NCBI GenBank assembly: GCA_951406725.2 | Contig: OX597815.1 | Location: forward strand, 100,006,001 to 100,070,000 | Direction: 5' to 3' | Source of the DNA: Octopus vulgaris | Taxonomy: Eukaryota | DNA length: 64,000 bases | In this document: one piece after another, positions 1 to 13,189 of the stretch | How positions within the stretch are numbered: the stretch's first letter is position 1 | Layout: every line of letters begins with the position of its first letter | The notes under the pieces: generated by a model | The model's database searches: none | Told to the model about the DNA's origin: nothing | The model's input: the letters and a program-made list of their open reading frames with translations, nothing else | Program-made: the position numbers and the translations under genes

Positions 1-893
1 GAGTGTTCATGAATTCCGATCACGAACAGCCAACGAGAGAGAAGAAACCCTACTCCGCATGGATTTACATGGTCAGTACCACCGTGAAACTAATAACTTA
101 AGAGACCAGGAAACATCATGGAGGTGGATCAGCAAGGGTGACCTAAAACGAGAATACCGAAAGCTTAATCATCGCTGCTTAGGATCAGGCATTGAATACC
201 AACTCAGTAAGGGATATATACCACACAAGTGCAACGAACCTCTGTAGAATATGTGGGAAGAGCGTGACTCACCTTGTTAGTGCTTGTGAAAGTCTTGCAC
301 AGAATGAGCACAAGCGCAGACACGACAAGTAGCCAAAAACCTTCACTGGCTACTATACCTGAAATATGGATACGAGGTAACACTGCTTGGTACCGACATA
401 TATCGGAAAAGATAATTGACGGAAAGGAGAAAGCAAAAGTCTTCTGGGACTTTGACTTCCAGAAAGGGAATTTGTTAGAGCACTGAAGGCCGAATATAGT
501 CACCTTTAGGAGGGACAAGCAAGAATGCTTAATAATTGACATGGCAGTGCCAGGAGATCAACATATCATGAAAGAAAGAGAAAAGGTTGATAAATATGAA
601 AACCTGAGAATCGAGATTGCTAAGATGTGGCAGCTGCGAGAGTCAGACATAAAGCTTATTTCTATTGTCATCGGAGTACTGGATTCAATACCACCCAATC
701 TGAAAAAAACATCTGAAAATTTTATCCTACAATCTAGGTCTATTGCAAAAGTCGGCATTACTTAAAAAACATGCATATCGCGTAAAGTACTGTCTGAGGT
801 CCTTGTTGTGACTTGACCAAGAGTACAAACCCCCGGTAGACACAATATCTTCAATCAACATCACGTTATTGTATACTGTGCGACGTCTACTAA
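1..893 (+). mobile_element. 3' fragment of an RLE-type (R4/Dong-like) non-LTR retrotransposon, frameshifted
   Basis: Frames give THLVSAC..KRRHDK (zinc knuckle/RHD), KVFWDF, RPNIV, IIDMAVPGD, EKVDKY and IVIGVL, the restriction-like endonuclease motifs; followed by a UTR and (TAA)n. Confidence 0.85.
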
Positions 894-921
894 AATAATA
901 ATAATAATAATATTGATAATA

Positions 922-1476
922 AATGCCCTGGTGCGATACCAGGCGGTAGCTTTCATGGTTTCTAATATCAACTGATTGGAAGTGTTATCATGTATATTGT
1001 TTTGTCTTGGTATAAAAGTTGGGCTACACCAAATATTCTGCTCAATACCACAGATTTGCTTGTCAGTTGTTTGACGTTAACCAGTTGAGCATGTCCCTTA
1101 GTGGCTGACGATGTGTGCATCTCTATCATGAGCAGGAGTAGTGGGAGTGCATCATAGTCATGTGTTGAGAGGAATTCTTTGGTTTGGATAATTCACCTTT
1201 GGAAACATGGGTGTTTCGTTCAACATTTTTAAACAACCCTTATTCAGGGACCTTTTGAGCGGGATGGACTACTCAACATGAAAAAAATTCTAATTGGGCC
1301 CTACTTGCAAGATCATGTGCTGTTAATCTTGATATGAAATCACCATGTCACGCACATATGGTTGTGTGGCATGTGCCTGGTGTACCCTTATCAGACGGGT
1401 CGTCGAGATGGGTATACTGGACTTCGTATACTTTGCCTCAGTATCACTTTGATGGTATGCACTGCTCTCTTACTCC

Positions 1477-1477
<1 letters not shown>
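922..1477 (+). mobile_element. Non-coding 3' UTR fragment of a (TAA)n-tailed retroelement
   Basis: Bounded by TAA repeats on both sides; its last ~100 bp (tggtgtaccc/tttatcag...cactttgatgg...actc) recur at 3110-3214, again followed by (TAA)n. Confidence 0.6.
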
Positions 1478-1515
<38 letters not shown>

Positions 1516-1660
1516 GCAATAACAATGTGGATGAGGATGCTAATTATAATGATATTAATGCTAAATTATGATGAGGAAAATCATAATTATATTTATAATA
1601 ATACTGATAACAGTATTATTGTAATGATTATAACAATACTGATAACAATGATATTAATTC

Positions 1661-1691
<31 letters not shown>

Positions 1692-1740
1692 GGTGGTGGT
1701 GGTGGTGGTGGTGGTGGTGGTGGTGGTAGTGATGATGGAT
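1478..1740. repeat. Compound trinucleotide microsatellite (AAT)n/(GAT)n/(GGT)n
   Basis: Seen directly. Confidence 0.95.
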
Positions 1741-1784
1741 GGGATAAGGATGATATGATTGACCATGATGAATAATCATGGTAT

Positions 1785-2780
1785 AATGGGGCAACAATAG
1801 TATCTTGGAAGAAGCATTAATTACAAAAGATAGACCGGAGAACACGTAAATTAGTGAGAACGAACAAGGAACTACACTCCAAGAGTGATGTGTCAAGATT
1901 GTATGTAAAGAGAAAAGAAGGAGGACGGGGATTGGTGCATTGTGAAGGTTGTGTAAGGGAAGAGGAGAATAGCCTGACTTAGAATGTCAAGGGGACTAAA
2001 GAAGAAATGATTGAAGCAGTGAAAATGTAGGGAACCTTAAAAGTGAACGAAACCGTAGATCCAACACGATTTAAGAAAGACCAGAGAGAGCAGATGAAGA
2101 AAATTTGGCAGGACAAGAAAATGCACTATCAAGTTTTGAAGAATAAGGATGATTCTGATTTGAATAGAACCTGGCAATGGCTGCAGCGCTCAAGAAGAAG
2201 CTACTCCAAATATCACATTGATAAAAACACGGACTCGCCACAGTGTACGATATTCTCTGAGAAGGGAGAAAGTATAAGCTATATTGTTAGTGATTGCTGT
2301 AAGCTCACACAACACGAATACAAAAGGAGACACGACATTGTGACCAGATATATCCACTAGCTGTTGTATAGTAAAGCAAACCTCGAGAGAGCCGAAAAAT
2401 GGTATGAACACAAGCCAGAGGGAGTAATGGAAAATAAACATTAAAAAAAAAACTCTGGGTTTTTAACATGCACTGCGACCAAGTCATAGAAGCGAGACGA
2501 CTAGATATCGCGCTCATTCATAAAGAAGAAGTTAAGATAATAGTTGTTGCGATACCAGGCGATTTGAGGTGAAATGTAAGGAAGCAGAAAAGATTGAGAA
2601 ATGCCTAGCACTGCAGGATGAAATAGGAAAGTTATGGGGCATGGAGAAATAATAGTGATACCGGTGGTAACTGGAGCATTAGGAGCAGTTTCCAAGGCCT
2701 TTGAAAGGCATATTAAGAATATTGGAGCTGCTGTCAGGCTCGAGGTGATCCAGAAGACAGCATTCTTGGGTACAACTCGG
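1785..2780 (+). mobile_element. Degenerate C-terminal half of an R4/Dong-like LINE ORF
   Basis: DVSRLYVKRKEGGRGL, SYIVSDC..YKRRHDIV, IEARRLDI, IPVVTGALG, IQKTAFLGTTR; stops and frameshifts present. Confidence 0.85.
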
Positions 2781-2805
2781 TGGTGGTGGTGATGATGATG
2801 ATGAT

Positions 2806-3093
2806 AACGAAATAGCCCGGGTACGGAAAATGCAGAAGGTGAAGATAGCACCAATCATTGTTGGGTCATTAGGTACAATATCAGAAGGCATCAAGAGGAA
2901 TATAAAGGAAATCGGAATAGAGTGCCCAGTAGAACTATTACAAAAGGTTTGCCTCCTTGGCACAGCCAGAATAACCAGGAAAGTATTAGATAGTTGGAAA
3001 GAGCAGATAGCATGGAACCGTATGCTGCAGGTAGCAAGCCCGCTACATATGCAAGACTCCAGGAGTTCTAACAAAATCTGTGATAAAAAGAAA
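2806..3093 (+). mobile_element. Short 3' end of an R4/Dong-like LINE with 3' UTR
   Basis: PIIVGSLG...LLQKVCLLGTARITRKVL, then a UTR (gcaggtagcaag...actccaggagtt...aaaaagaa) and a TAA-rich tail; the same UTR recurs at 5462-5557. Confidence 0.8.
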
Positions 3094-3109
3094 TAATAGT
3101 AATAATCAG

Positions 3110-3213
3110 TTGTTTGGTGTACCTTTATCAGGCGGGTAGTCATGATGAGTATATTGGGTTTCGTATATCTGAACCTCAGCATCACTTTGATGGCATGTGC
3201 TACTCGTTCACTC

Positions 3214-3214
<1 letters not shown>
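3110..3214 (+). mobile_element. Extreme 3' end of the same family as 922-1477
   Basis: Matches ~1375-1477 and is followed by (AAT)n at 3215-3296. Confidence 0.7.
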
Positions 3215-3287
<73 letters not shown>

Positions 3288-3296
3288 TAATAATAA

Positions 3297-5320
3297 GGGA
3301 TAAAAGAATGAAGCTGCAGCTAAAGAAGATACTACAGAGGAAATAATTATAGACCAGCCCAGGGCTGATGAAAATGCCGTAATGATTGAAAGAGTTAATA
3401 TAACTAATAAGCAAATAAAATACTTTCTGAACCAACCATAAACACTAAGGCAGATGAAAATCAAATAGATGAAGAAAGTCACACATAAATTGACCCAGCA
3501 GAACTACATGATCTAAAAAATCAAATCATGATTGAGTGGTTGAAAATTAAAGAAACCAGCATGAATGAACGCGATACTCTCCCAAAAATTCGCAATTCTA
3601 AGCAAAACCTGAAAATAATTGGTAAAATCCGCTTTGCACTTAAGGATATAATTTCAGCTAATGATGATGATATTACAGATCTCAACTACCTGTACTATGC
3701 TCTGCGAAAATCTCAACGATTCTATGTGGTGAAAAGATTAGAAAACGACAACATTCCGACAAAATGCCTTCTTAGCAAGAGCGTATTCAACACCAAATTA
3801 AGCTACTTAGGTCTGACATAGAATGTTTGAAAAACCTTAAGTTTAGCAAGACTATCAAACCTACAAAAACCCGAAAATTAAAGAAAGGTATATGAAAAAC
3901 ATATTTGATATCGATACCACCATAGAAACCATTAAGCAAAAGGTATGTGCTAAAGCTGCCCGTATAGCCAGATATGAAAAGCGCGTTGGATTCTTCAAGG
4001 ACAACATGTTCAAAAATAACCCAAACATTTTTACAGGAAGATAGGGAAGATACCAATTACAGTAAAGTCTGTCCCATCAAAAGAAGAAGTGCAGGAATTT
4101 TGGAATAAAATCTGGGCAGAAGTAAAAACATACAATGAGGCCCCTTGTATTGATAGGGTATCAAGGTAGAAGATATAAGATCTGCTCTCAGGTCAAGCAA
4201 ATAGAAGTCTCCAGGAAAGGATAAAATTCCTAACTTCGGGTTGAATGCCTTCCCAGAGGGCCATGAACTACTAAAAAGTTTACAACGATGTTTTGCAACA
4301 TCCTAGTATGATCCCCTCTTGGCTAGTTAATGGTTTAACATCCCTACTTTCAAAAGATGAAGAAACAAATGAACCAAAAAATTATCAACCCATAACCTGC
4401 TTAAAAACAATGTATAAAACGTTAACATCTATAGTTTTTTAATAGAAAGTAGCATATTCCCTAATGAGCAAAAAGGATGTAAACGTGGATCTTATCGTTG
4501 TAAAGATCAGCTACTCATCAATAAGATGATCTTAGAAGATTGTCCCAAACGACACAAACACTTGTCAATAGCCTAGATAGACTGTAAAATAGCTTTTGAT
4601 AGCCCACCACATAGCTGGATTAAGAAATGTCTGGAAATGTATAAAATAGCTCCTACTCTGCGAAACTTTTTGACTGTAAGTATGAGATCATGGAGATCTA
4701 TACGGACTTTGAAAAGTGACAATGAATCTCTAAATGCTGGAGATGTAACAATTTTATGTGGCATTTTCCAGGGTGACGCACTATCACCACTCCTTTTTTG
4801 TTTAGCCTTAATACTTCTCTCAAAATTGCTCAATGATGCACAGTACGGTTATAAAATGTTTGATAAAAATATAAATCATCTCATTTACATGGCTGATTTA
4901 AAGCTATTTACAAAAAATGACCAAAAACTCAAGGGCTTACTATCGATTGTTAAACAATTCAGCGATGACATCAGGATGCAATTTGGCCTCGATAAATGTG
5001 CAAAAGCTACCTTTATCAAAGGAAAATAGACAGAAACATCTAACGTTAACACTAACCAGCAGAATGTCATAAAAGAGTTAGAACCAGGGAAGAGCTACAA
5101 ATACCTAGCGGTAATTGAAAGGGACGGAATCAAACATACAGTGATGAGGGAAAGGATCAGAAGAGAATGTTATCGCAGGGTGAGAGCAATATTGAAGACA
5201 GAGCTGAATTCAAGAAACAGGATTGAAGCAATGAATGCTTTAGCCATACCAGTCGTGACTTACAGTTTCAATATCATTAACTGGCCAATTACTGAAATAT
5301 GTAAACTTGACAGAAAAATA
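3297..5320 (+). pseudogene. Reverse transcriptase region of an R4/Dong-like LINE, inactivated
   Basis: [59 protein letters not shown] (catalytic YMDD reads YMAD), FGLDKCAK, YKYL; multiple stops and frameshifts. Confidence 0.9.
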
Positions 5321-5321
5321 C

Positions 5322-5328
5322 GTAGTAG

Positions 5329-5389
<61 letters not shown>

Positions 5390-5392
5390 AGC

Positions 5393-5461
<69 letters not shown>
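5322..5461. repeat. (GTT)n-(GTA)n microsatellite
   Basis: Seen directly. Confidence 0.95.
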
Positions 5462-5557
5462 TGAAATGAACAGAGTGCATGGTAGCGTAGGTAGCAAATA
5501 GCAACCTACTACGCATGCCAGACTCCAGAAGTTCCAACAAAACTTGAGTTAAAAAGA
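5462..5557 (+). mobile_element. 3' UTR tip of the R4/Dong-like family seen at 2806-3093
   Basis: Similar to ~2995-3093 and followed by TAA repeats. Confidence 0.65.
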
Positions 5558-6967
5558 ATAATAATAGTAACAATAATCCTTTTTTACTATAGGCACAAGG
5601 CCTGAAATTTTGAGGTGGTCATTAGTCGACTACATCGACCCCAATGCTGTTGACTATGATGTAGTGAAATCCTTGCAGATGGACATCGGTCAATGAGGAT
5701 AGCGTTAACCATATATATGCTGTATATCACACCCGTTTGTGATACAAGTCATTTTCGTGACATTTTTTTGAACGTCTGAATATCTCGTTTAACTCTTTCA
5801 CAACTCATCCATAGTCGTCCAAGATGTTCTGATATCTCTGACATTCTACAATCTTCTACATGATCTGAAGACAGCAGGAAATCTGCTGTCTTCCAGATTA
5901 CTTACTTCCCATGTAGTTTCTTTTTTTCGAATGATTTTGTTTCTCTACGGTAACCTAGCGTTTCCCATATGAACTACTACTTATGTATCAGAGTATCTAC
6001 TCTGTCATCTAAATATTATGGTACCTCCCAGACGATTTAATTTCTAGATGATTTTCCTATTTCAAATTATTAACTATCTCTCAGATTATTTGGTGTCTAT
6101 CTCCGTGAAATCAGCTATGTATCTCGGAGGTTATCTACATCCTTACTTCTCAGCTGCTGAGTATATCTTAGAGTTAATCTGCTATATATATATTTCAAAT
6201 ACCTGTCTGAAATGTAAACAATAGAGATTAAAATACCCTCTCGAGAATTACAACGATGTCCGACGAATTATCTGCCCCTGCTGAGGTCCAGTTTTCACGC
6301 ACTTAGTTCTATTATTCTTAAGAATTTTTTATATATTCTCGTTCTAGTGTGTCTCGAAAAACATTAGATATATCCACCACATCTCCGCCATTGCATCAAA
6401 GGAAGTTAGGCATAAGGTTCAGGTGGGTGTTAAACTTACCGATAGATGAATTCTAGATATGGCCTCGAAAGTGAAATATATAAAATAGTTAAGTAGAACT
6501 AGAATTACCAAACTGATAATGCTACTATCTTCACCAAACAGTTCCTTCTTATTTCCATAGCATTCACAACCAATCCTTTTTTGTTTTCTATTACGTCTCT
6601 CTTTACTCCGTTTTTTCATCATATCTTTTCTTTCTTCTTCACCAGATTTTCCTCATCATTAATCTCGAATTCTTTCCCGCCTATTCATTATTCTCCTGCT
6701 GTTCTTTTCCTTCACTTCTTCCACTTATTTTTGTCCTGCTTTTTCTTCTCGGAAGAATATCTCGGCTTGAGACAGAATGCACTTTTCTCATCTCACGACA
6801 TGTAACCTCATATCACTTTTTAAATTATATGAACGATTCTTTTCCAACACACACCATTACAGTATTTCCTTGGAATTAGGATTTAGTATTTTTTTTTTTT
6901 TAATTTTAATTTTCTCTCCAAGATGTCCCCGATTCACTTTTGTATAGTTTCTGATTTGCTCACCACC

Positions 6968-7362
6968 ATACACAAATTAATTTACTCACATCAAAACCCC
7001 AGCACACAACACTCGTAGCTAACCATCTGACTAGAAATATTCGAAGTGATTGCTTGGACATTTGTTTAGGATAGTAGCTAAATATACCTCAGATAATACT
7101 CTACCGTTTTAAATAATGAATAATACATTGGTCAATGTGCTCCCTAATATAAAAAAAAACAAGGATACACAAATTAATTTACTAACATCAAAACCTCGGT
7201 ACACAATCATACACGTAGCTAACCATCTGACTGGAGACTTTCAAAGTGATTGCTTGGATTTCTTTTTGGAATAATAGCCAAATATACCTCAAATTATACG
7301 TTTTCGTTTTAAATAAGGAAAATATATTGATCAATGTGATCCCTAATATAAAAAAGAAGGAT
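6968..7362. repeat. Diverged tandem duplication, two copies of ~197 bp
   Basis: atacacaaattaatttact...gtagctaaccatctgact...tccctaatataaaaa starts at 6968 and again at 7165. Confidence 0.85.
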
Positions 7363-8655
7363 AGGACACAACTAGAATGCTTCTAATGATAAATCAACCC
7401 GATACGAGTTGACTTGGGCTAAACAGCAACAACAAAAAACGTATACCTGACTTCTCTTTGCTTAATTATCACTGTTCTAAACTTCAACACCTATTTTTTA
7501 ATTGCCTTGAATTCATAAACATTTCCCTAAGTCAGAATATTTATAGCAACAAATATTTAACATTCATTTATTTTGATTCGATTTTTACACGCTGCTATTA
7601 CAACAGTTACTGTTTAACCTTAGTTGATCGAATAACTGCTAACAAAGCCGATCACATATTTTTATATTGGGGACTGCATTGTCTGATGTACCCTTCTTTA
7701 TTTCACACGGTAGTTTGCGGTACGGCGAAGACGTGGTTAATATTCTTAGATGAACAAACAGCTTCAAAGCATTCCTCTCGGTGTTTCCCTGTTTCATTGT
7801 TACTTTTATTCAGCCCAAGCTCATATCTGTTTAGCAGTCCACTAATCAAAGACGATCATACCGTGAGCATTCTCTCTTTCCTGCTCAATACGTCATATAT
7901 TTAAGACGTAGTTTGAGGTTATTTCTAACAGGTCTAACGATTGCGTAGGGGGTCACTACACACGTTTATTGCAGTTATAGTGGTATTTACTTTCTGTTAC
8001 AATGTCGTTATCTAATTGTTTATCTAACTATATATTTCTGCAGATAATATCAATATCGTTCTACATATCTCTGCCTTTCTTTCTACGTCGACGGCCTATA
8101 TCTCCTATCATTTCTTTTTTCTTTTAATATTCTTAAAAATCCGCATTAATCCCGCATTTCTGTTATGCTTCTTTACTTTATTTTTCTATATCCTCCATTT
8201 TTCTTCTTTGTTTTTTCAGGTTTCCTATTTCTGTTCCTTCGTGTTTTTTTTTCACTTCCTTTCTTCCTTTCATCCGGCTCCCTCTCTTCTTCCCACAAAA
8301 TCTAAAACTAAGTACAATATGACCACGTACATGTAACGAACGTTATTTAGATAATTAAATACGTTAACTAGGAAGCATATTTTTAAATGTATCGGAAATC
8401 ACACATACACTCGCCCGAACTAACACACATACGCACATAAACATGTACATGTGTGTGAATGTATTTCGATACATATAAATATGGACATGTATATATATTT
8501 ATGTGTGTGTGTGTGTGTGTGTAGATAGATACATGAATACATACACAGATAATATACACATTATACACACACATATATATATGGTTAATTATATATCTAC
8601 ATATGTGCGTTTATGAATGTATGTTTGTACATAAATATATATACATACACATAGA

Positions 8656-8702
<47 letters not shown>

Positions 8703-8730
8703 TTATATGTCTATATATGTGTATTTATGA

Positions 8731-8793
<63 letters not shown>

Positions 8794-8795
8794 GG

Positions 8796-8827
<32 letters not shown>

Positions 8828-9929
8828 GCGAGTAGGAGAGAAAGACAGAGATACCTATGCATATCAATATTGTTTCTTTCCTCTTTTTTCTTTTTTTTTT
8901 TTTTTTGCACATTTCGTGAATACCGACTTTAGGTGCTGGAAATTGACACCTTCAATGACATGTTTTATATAGAAATATCCAAAAAAAATGGCGTCGAATT
9001 ATATTTATTACAATTTTTTTTTTCATTACGTTATCAGCTGTTTATCTTTTTTATAATTTTTTCATGGTAAAATCATTTATTCCCCTGTATATAAATTGGG
9101 TGTTTTTATGCGTATGTATGTGGTTACGTGCGCGTATTCGTTTCTGTACACACAATTAAGTACGTATGTATATATGTATATATACATATATAGATAGATA
9201 TGTATGTATGTATGCATGTAGTATGTATGTATGTATGTATGTGCGTGTGTATGCGTAAATATATGTATGCATGCATGTATAAGTGGGTATGTGTGTACGT
9301 AAGTATGTATGTAACCAACTAATCAACAAAATTAGTAGCGTGATATCGTTTTGCCTATCGAAAGAGAAATATCCTAGCATGCGTACATACATGCAGATCC
9401 TATATTTATGGGTGCATGAGTGTACCTATATGTATGTGTGTGTGTGTATGTGTGTGTGTGTATCTGTGTGTGTGTATCTGTGTGTGTGTGTGCGTGTACA
9501 TGCATGTGTGTCTATATATTTATGGTTGTACATATATACATATTTATACTTATGTATCAAAATACAGGCGCGCCATACGTGCGTGCACATACACCACACG
9601 CACACACACATGCACACACGTCTGTTTGTGTGTGCATACATGCATGTGTGTGCGTCATGTGTTTAGTATGGGTGTAAGAGTATATGCATCGATACATTAA
9701 TGAAACTTGTTACACAAAATCAAATTACACAAATACAATAGATAAATAGATCCCTTTTTTAACAATAATTTGTCAGTGTTGTTATAACGCACTTTATATG
9801 CGTACCCTAGTTTTATATAAATATACATTTAGTTGCAGTAGCGAATATATTTCAGAAAATTATAACAAAGTTATATATATATATATACATGAATTATATA
9901 TAAATGTATATATATATATAGATATAAAT

Positions 9930-9961
<32 letters not shown>

Positions 9962-9985
9962 GTTATATATATTACATATATATAT

Positions 9986-10145
9986 TGTGGCTGTGCGATA
10001 AGAAGCTTGCTTCCCAACAACATGGCTCCGTGTTCAGTCCCACTGCGTGACTCTTTGGTCAAGTCTCCTCTAGTATAGCCCTCGGGTCGACACCAGGGCC
10101 TTGTGAGTGGATTTGGTAGACGGAAACGGAAAGAAGACCGTCGTA
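9986..10145 (+). mobile_element. tRNA-derived SINE, family B (5' half)
   Basis: tggctgtgcgataag (A box), gttcagtccc (B box), ccttgtgagtggatttggtagacggaaac; recurs many times in the window. Confidence 0.8.
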
Positions 10146-10170
10146 TATATAGATATATATATTATATACG

Positions 10171-10241
10171 TAATGCTTTATGCACTGATTGGTTAGATCA
10201 ATCAAGTGTTCCATCACGGTTGTATCAACATACCACTTCAA

Positions 10242-10297
<56 letters not shown>

Positions 10298-10770
10298 TAG
10301 CTGACGTATAGTATCTTATTTGAGACAAACTGCAATAAGTTTTACGCTAGGAAAAAGGTATTTGACTTGGCTTAGCTTTAATTAAGCTGTCACCATTCTC
10401 CAGCGTTCCCCTGGGCTGTTGAGAAAAATTTGGCTACCGGTAATACGAGATTTTATGAGAAAAAACATTATACATTAGTTTGGATTAGACTGTTGTAATG
10501 AAAGAGAAGTAACAAAAGATGAGATAATTAATTCACCATAAGATATATAATGATTTTAACAAACCGAAGAAAAAGTTTCGTACGAAGAAATTCAGTAATT
10601 TCTGTAGGTTGTTTCCGTATTAGGATGTTTGCATGTAAAACTTATCTGGAGAGCAGTGTTATAAGTACGAATCTATTTCTAATATACTATAAATAATACT
10701 TTATGCACTGCTTGGTTAGATCAATCAAGTGTTCCATCACAGTTGTATCGAAATACCACTTGAACGATAT
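10171..10770. repeat. ~77-bp direct repeat (10171-10247 and 10694-10770)
   Basis: ctttatgcactg.ttggttagatcaatcaagtgttccatcac.gttgtatc..ataccactt.aacgatat occurs twice. Confidence 0.85.
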
Positions 10771-11044
10771 GAAAAATAAAATTAGCGAGCAATTTTTTTG
10801 AAAATACGTATATACATACAACTGTAACATCCTCCAAGTGCTTCTGGATCAAATGTTGAGAAACCGAAATGATGGCTATGCTCGAGAGTACACAGGCACC
10901 TGAAGCAATTAACAAAAGCATGTTGCCTGAAGCCAAGTCATAGCGTCTTCTGAAAGGATATTCTTTTCTTTACTAAAGTATTGTACTCTGTTCTATGTTT
11001 TCAAACTGTACTGTATTGCACAGTATTATACTGTGATGCCGTTT

Positions 11045-11876
11045 TTAGTATTTTACGTACCCGGTAATTCCCGGGAAAGCGGGTCTTATCCCTTGGTTCC
11101 GTTCTCATAATTGTTTCACTAATCCAATAATAACAATACAAAGCATGTAGCCCTTAAAACGGTTTTGCGCATTTATAGAGGATACCGAACTGTCTTACAC
11201 AGGATTTTGTTTTTATGAATAACCAAATTGTGAAGTCACTTATGTAATAATATGAAATTAGTTACCCGATACTAAGAATTGAAATAAAGGAGCCCGGAAA
11301 AGGGCCTTAATGCGTTCCCAGAGTATATAGAACTTAGAAGGAAATACTAATATGGTATGTATACTAAAATCGTGGAACATGTTGCATTAATAACAGGCCA
11401 ATCAGATATAAGATAATAACAATTCAAAGTAAAGAACTCTGAAAAGGGCTTTTGTGCGTTTCCAGAGAATATTACCCTCAGCGGCTCTAGTGCTGGTATA
11501 TTCGGGAATAAGTCACCAACCGAAATAAGTATATCTATTGTTTAGGAAAATACTATTTTCTTCTTTAAGGGTTTTACTGGATAGATTGCGAAAATAACTC
11601 TAACAGTTCAAATACTAAGAAATAAGCATACTCAATTTGATTTATACCGAACGAATAGATTTGGCTGTTAAAAGGATATTTATTAGATACATATAAGGAT
11701 CCCTTCCAGTGGCTCTATTATCGAATTTTCAACAATCTGAGTATGCCCTACGGTTTCCATAACTGAGTTCTACTCATGTGTCAAGGTTCATCAAAATCGA
11801 TAAAACGATGTAGGAAGAGTTAGCTAACAACTTCACAAACACACCCACAGACAGAATTTCCCACATATGTAGTAGA
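11045..11876 (-). mobile_element. Non-autonomous Helitron-like element
   Basis: Minus strand starts A|TCTACTAC... and ends with a CCCGG-GAATTA-CCGGG hairpin 11 nt before CTAA (CTRR); no TIRs and no ORF. Confidence 0.6.
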
Positions 11877-12129
11877 TTGCATGATATTGGGCTGTATTTT
11901 ATCGTACGGTGTTGTGCTACACTATACTGAGCTCTGTCAATGTTTTGCACTGTACAATATTGTGAGTGTACTCTATTCTAGAATATTTTACTCTAAAGTA
12001 CTTTGATCTGTTGCACTGTACTCTACTGCACTTCAAAACGATAATTCCCTTTGTCGAATCTTAAAAGTTGTTCCTCTTGTTTATATTGTTGCTGTTTTGT
12101 TATTGTTGCTATTTTCTTGCCTCAGTTAT

Positions 12130-12650
12130 ATTTCATGAATTACTTGACAGTGAAATGTTTCGTTAACGTTCTGACTAATTAACACGAAATTTATGTTTTT
12201 ATATACATTTTTTTTTATCTAATTTACCGCCTAATAAATTTCTTGGTTGTATGCTTATTTATTGCTAGTTTTAGTTTGTAGCAATGGTATTTATTTAAAC
12301 ATCAAACATATATTTTATGTAATACCGACGAAAATCAAAAAGAAATAAAAAGGAAATGTGAAGATTACAAAAGAACACGCCGAGTTACGGAAAATAATGC
12401 CAGAATTTAATGATGGTATATTTAGTATTAGTATCGACCTGGCTTAACCCTCGCTCAGACATTCACTTCCTAAATTTGCTACTGATCTCGCTGTAAATTA
12501 CTTGTGTCTAAAAGAGAAAGCGAGATGGTGAAAAACTTCTATAATGGCCGGCAAATGTGTTAACAACCAGCTTGACGCATATTCCACAAGGTCTAGTTAC
12601 ATAATCAGATAGTCACTGTACAAGACCACCTCTTTCCCGCTCTCTTACTT
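12130..12650. repeat. Copy 1 of a local duplication with a highly conserved core (copy 2 is ~2963 bp downstream)
   Basis: About 100 bp (12348-12449) are identical to 15311-15412; the next ~175 bp have few mismatches; flanks are much more diverged. Confidence 0.9.
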
Positions 12651-13189
12651 TCTGTTTCTTCTCTCTCTCTCTCTCACTCTCACACACACACACTTTCTTT
12701 ATCTTCTTTCATCTACAAATTCTCTATATTTTCGTCTTCTTCCTTGTATTAGTATTGTTATTATTTTCCCTAATTTCTCGTTATTTTCTTCTTATTTGCT
12801 ATTCTACAGTCCTGTGTTACAGTGTATTGTACTTTTCTGTGCTCTGCTATTGGGTAGGTTCAATATAGCCAACTAGTTAAACAGTTCGCTTCATAAGTAA
12901 GAGGTCCATATTTCCATCCCACTGTATAGCATCTTGGGAAAATATCATTTCCCATAGCCTCAGTTTGACCCATATCTTTCGAGTGAAATTCTGTAGACAG
13001 AAACTGTATAGATGTTCGCTGGAAAGTATTCAAAAGGTACAGCGTTGTTGCACACTTTCTTACGCTGATTCTGCCGAGAAATACGTCTGTGAAATGGTCG
13101 GTTACTTACACGTTAATTCAGGAGCAGATAATTCTGTTGATCAAAATCGACTAAAGTCGACAACCACCATTCTTTTGGACTTCATGATA

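Noticed and set aside
5867-5893. 11-bp hairpin (and a 9-bp hairpin at ~33030-33049)
   Set aside because: Too short for a pre-miRNA and plausible by chance or local slippage.
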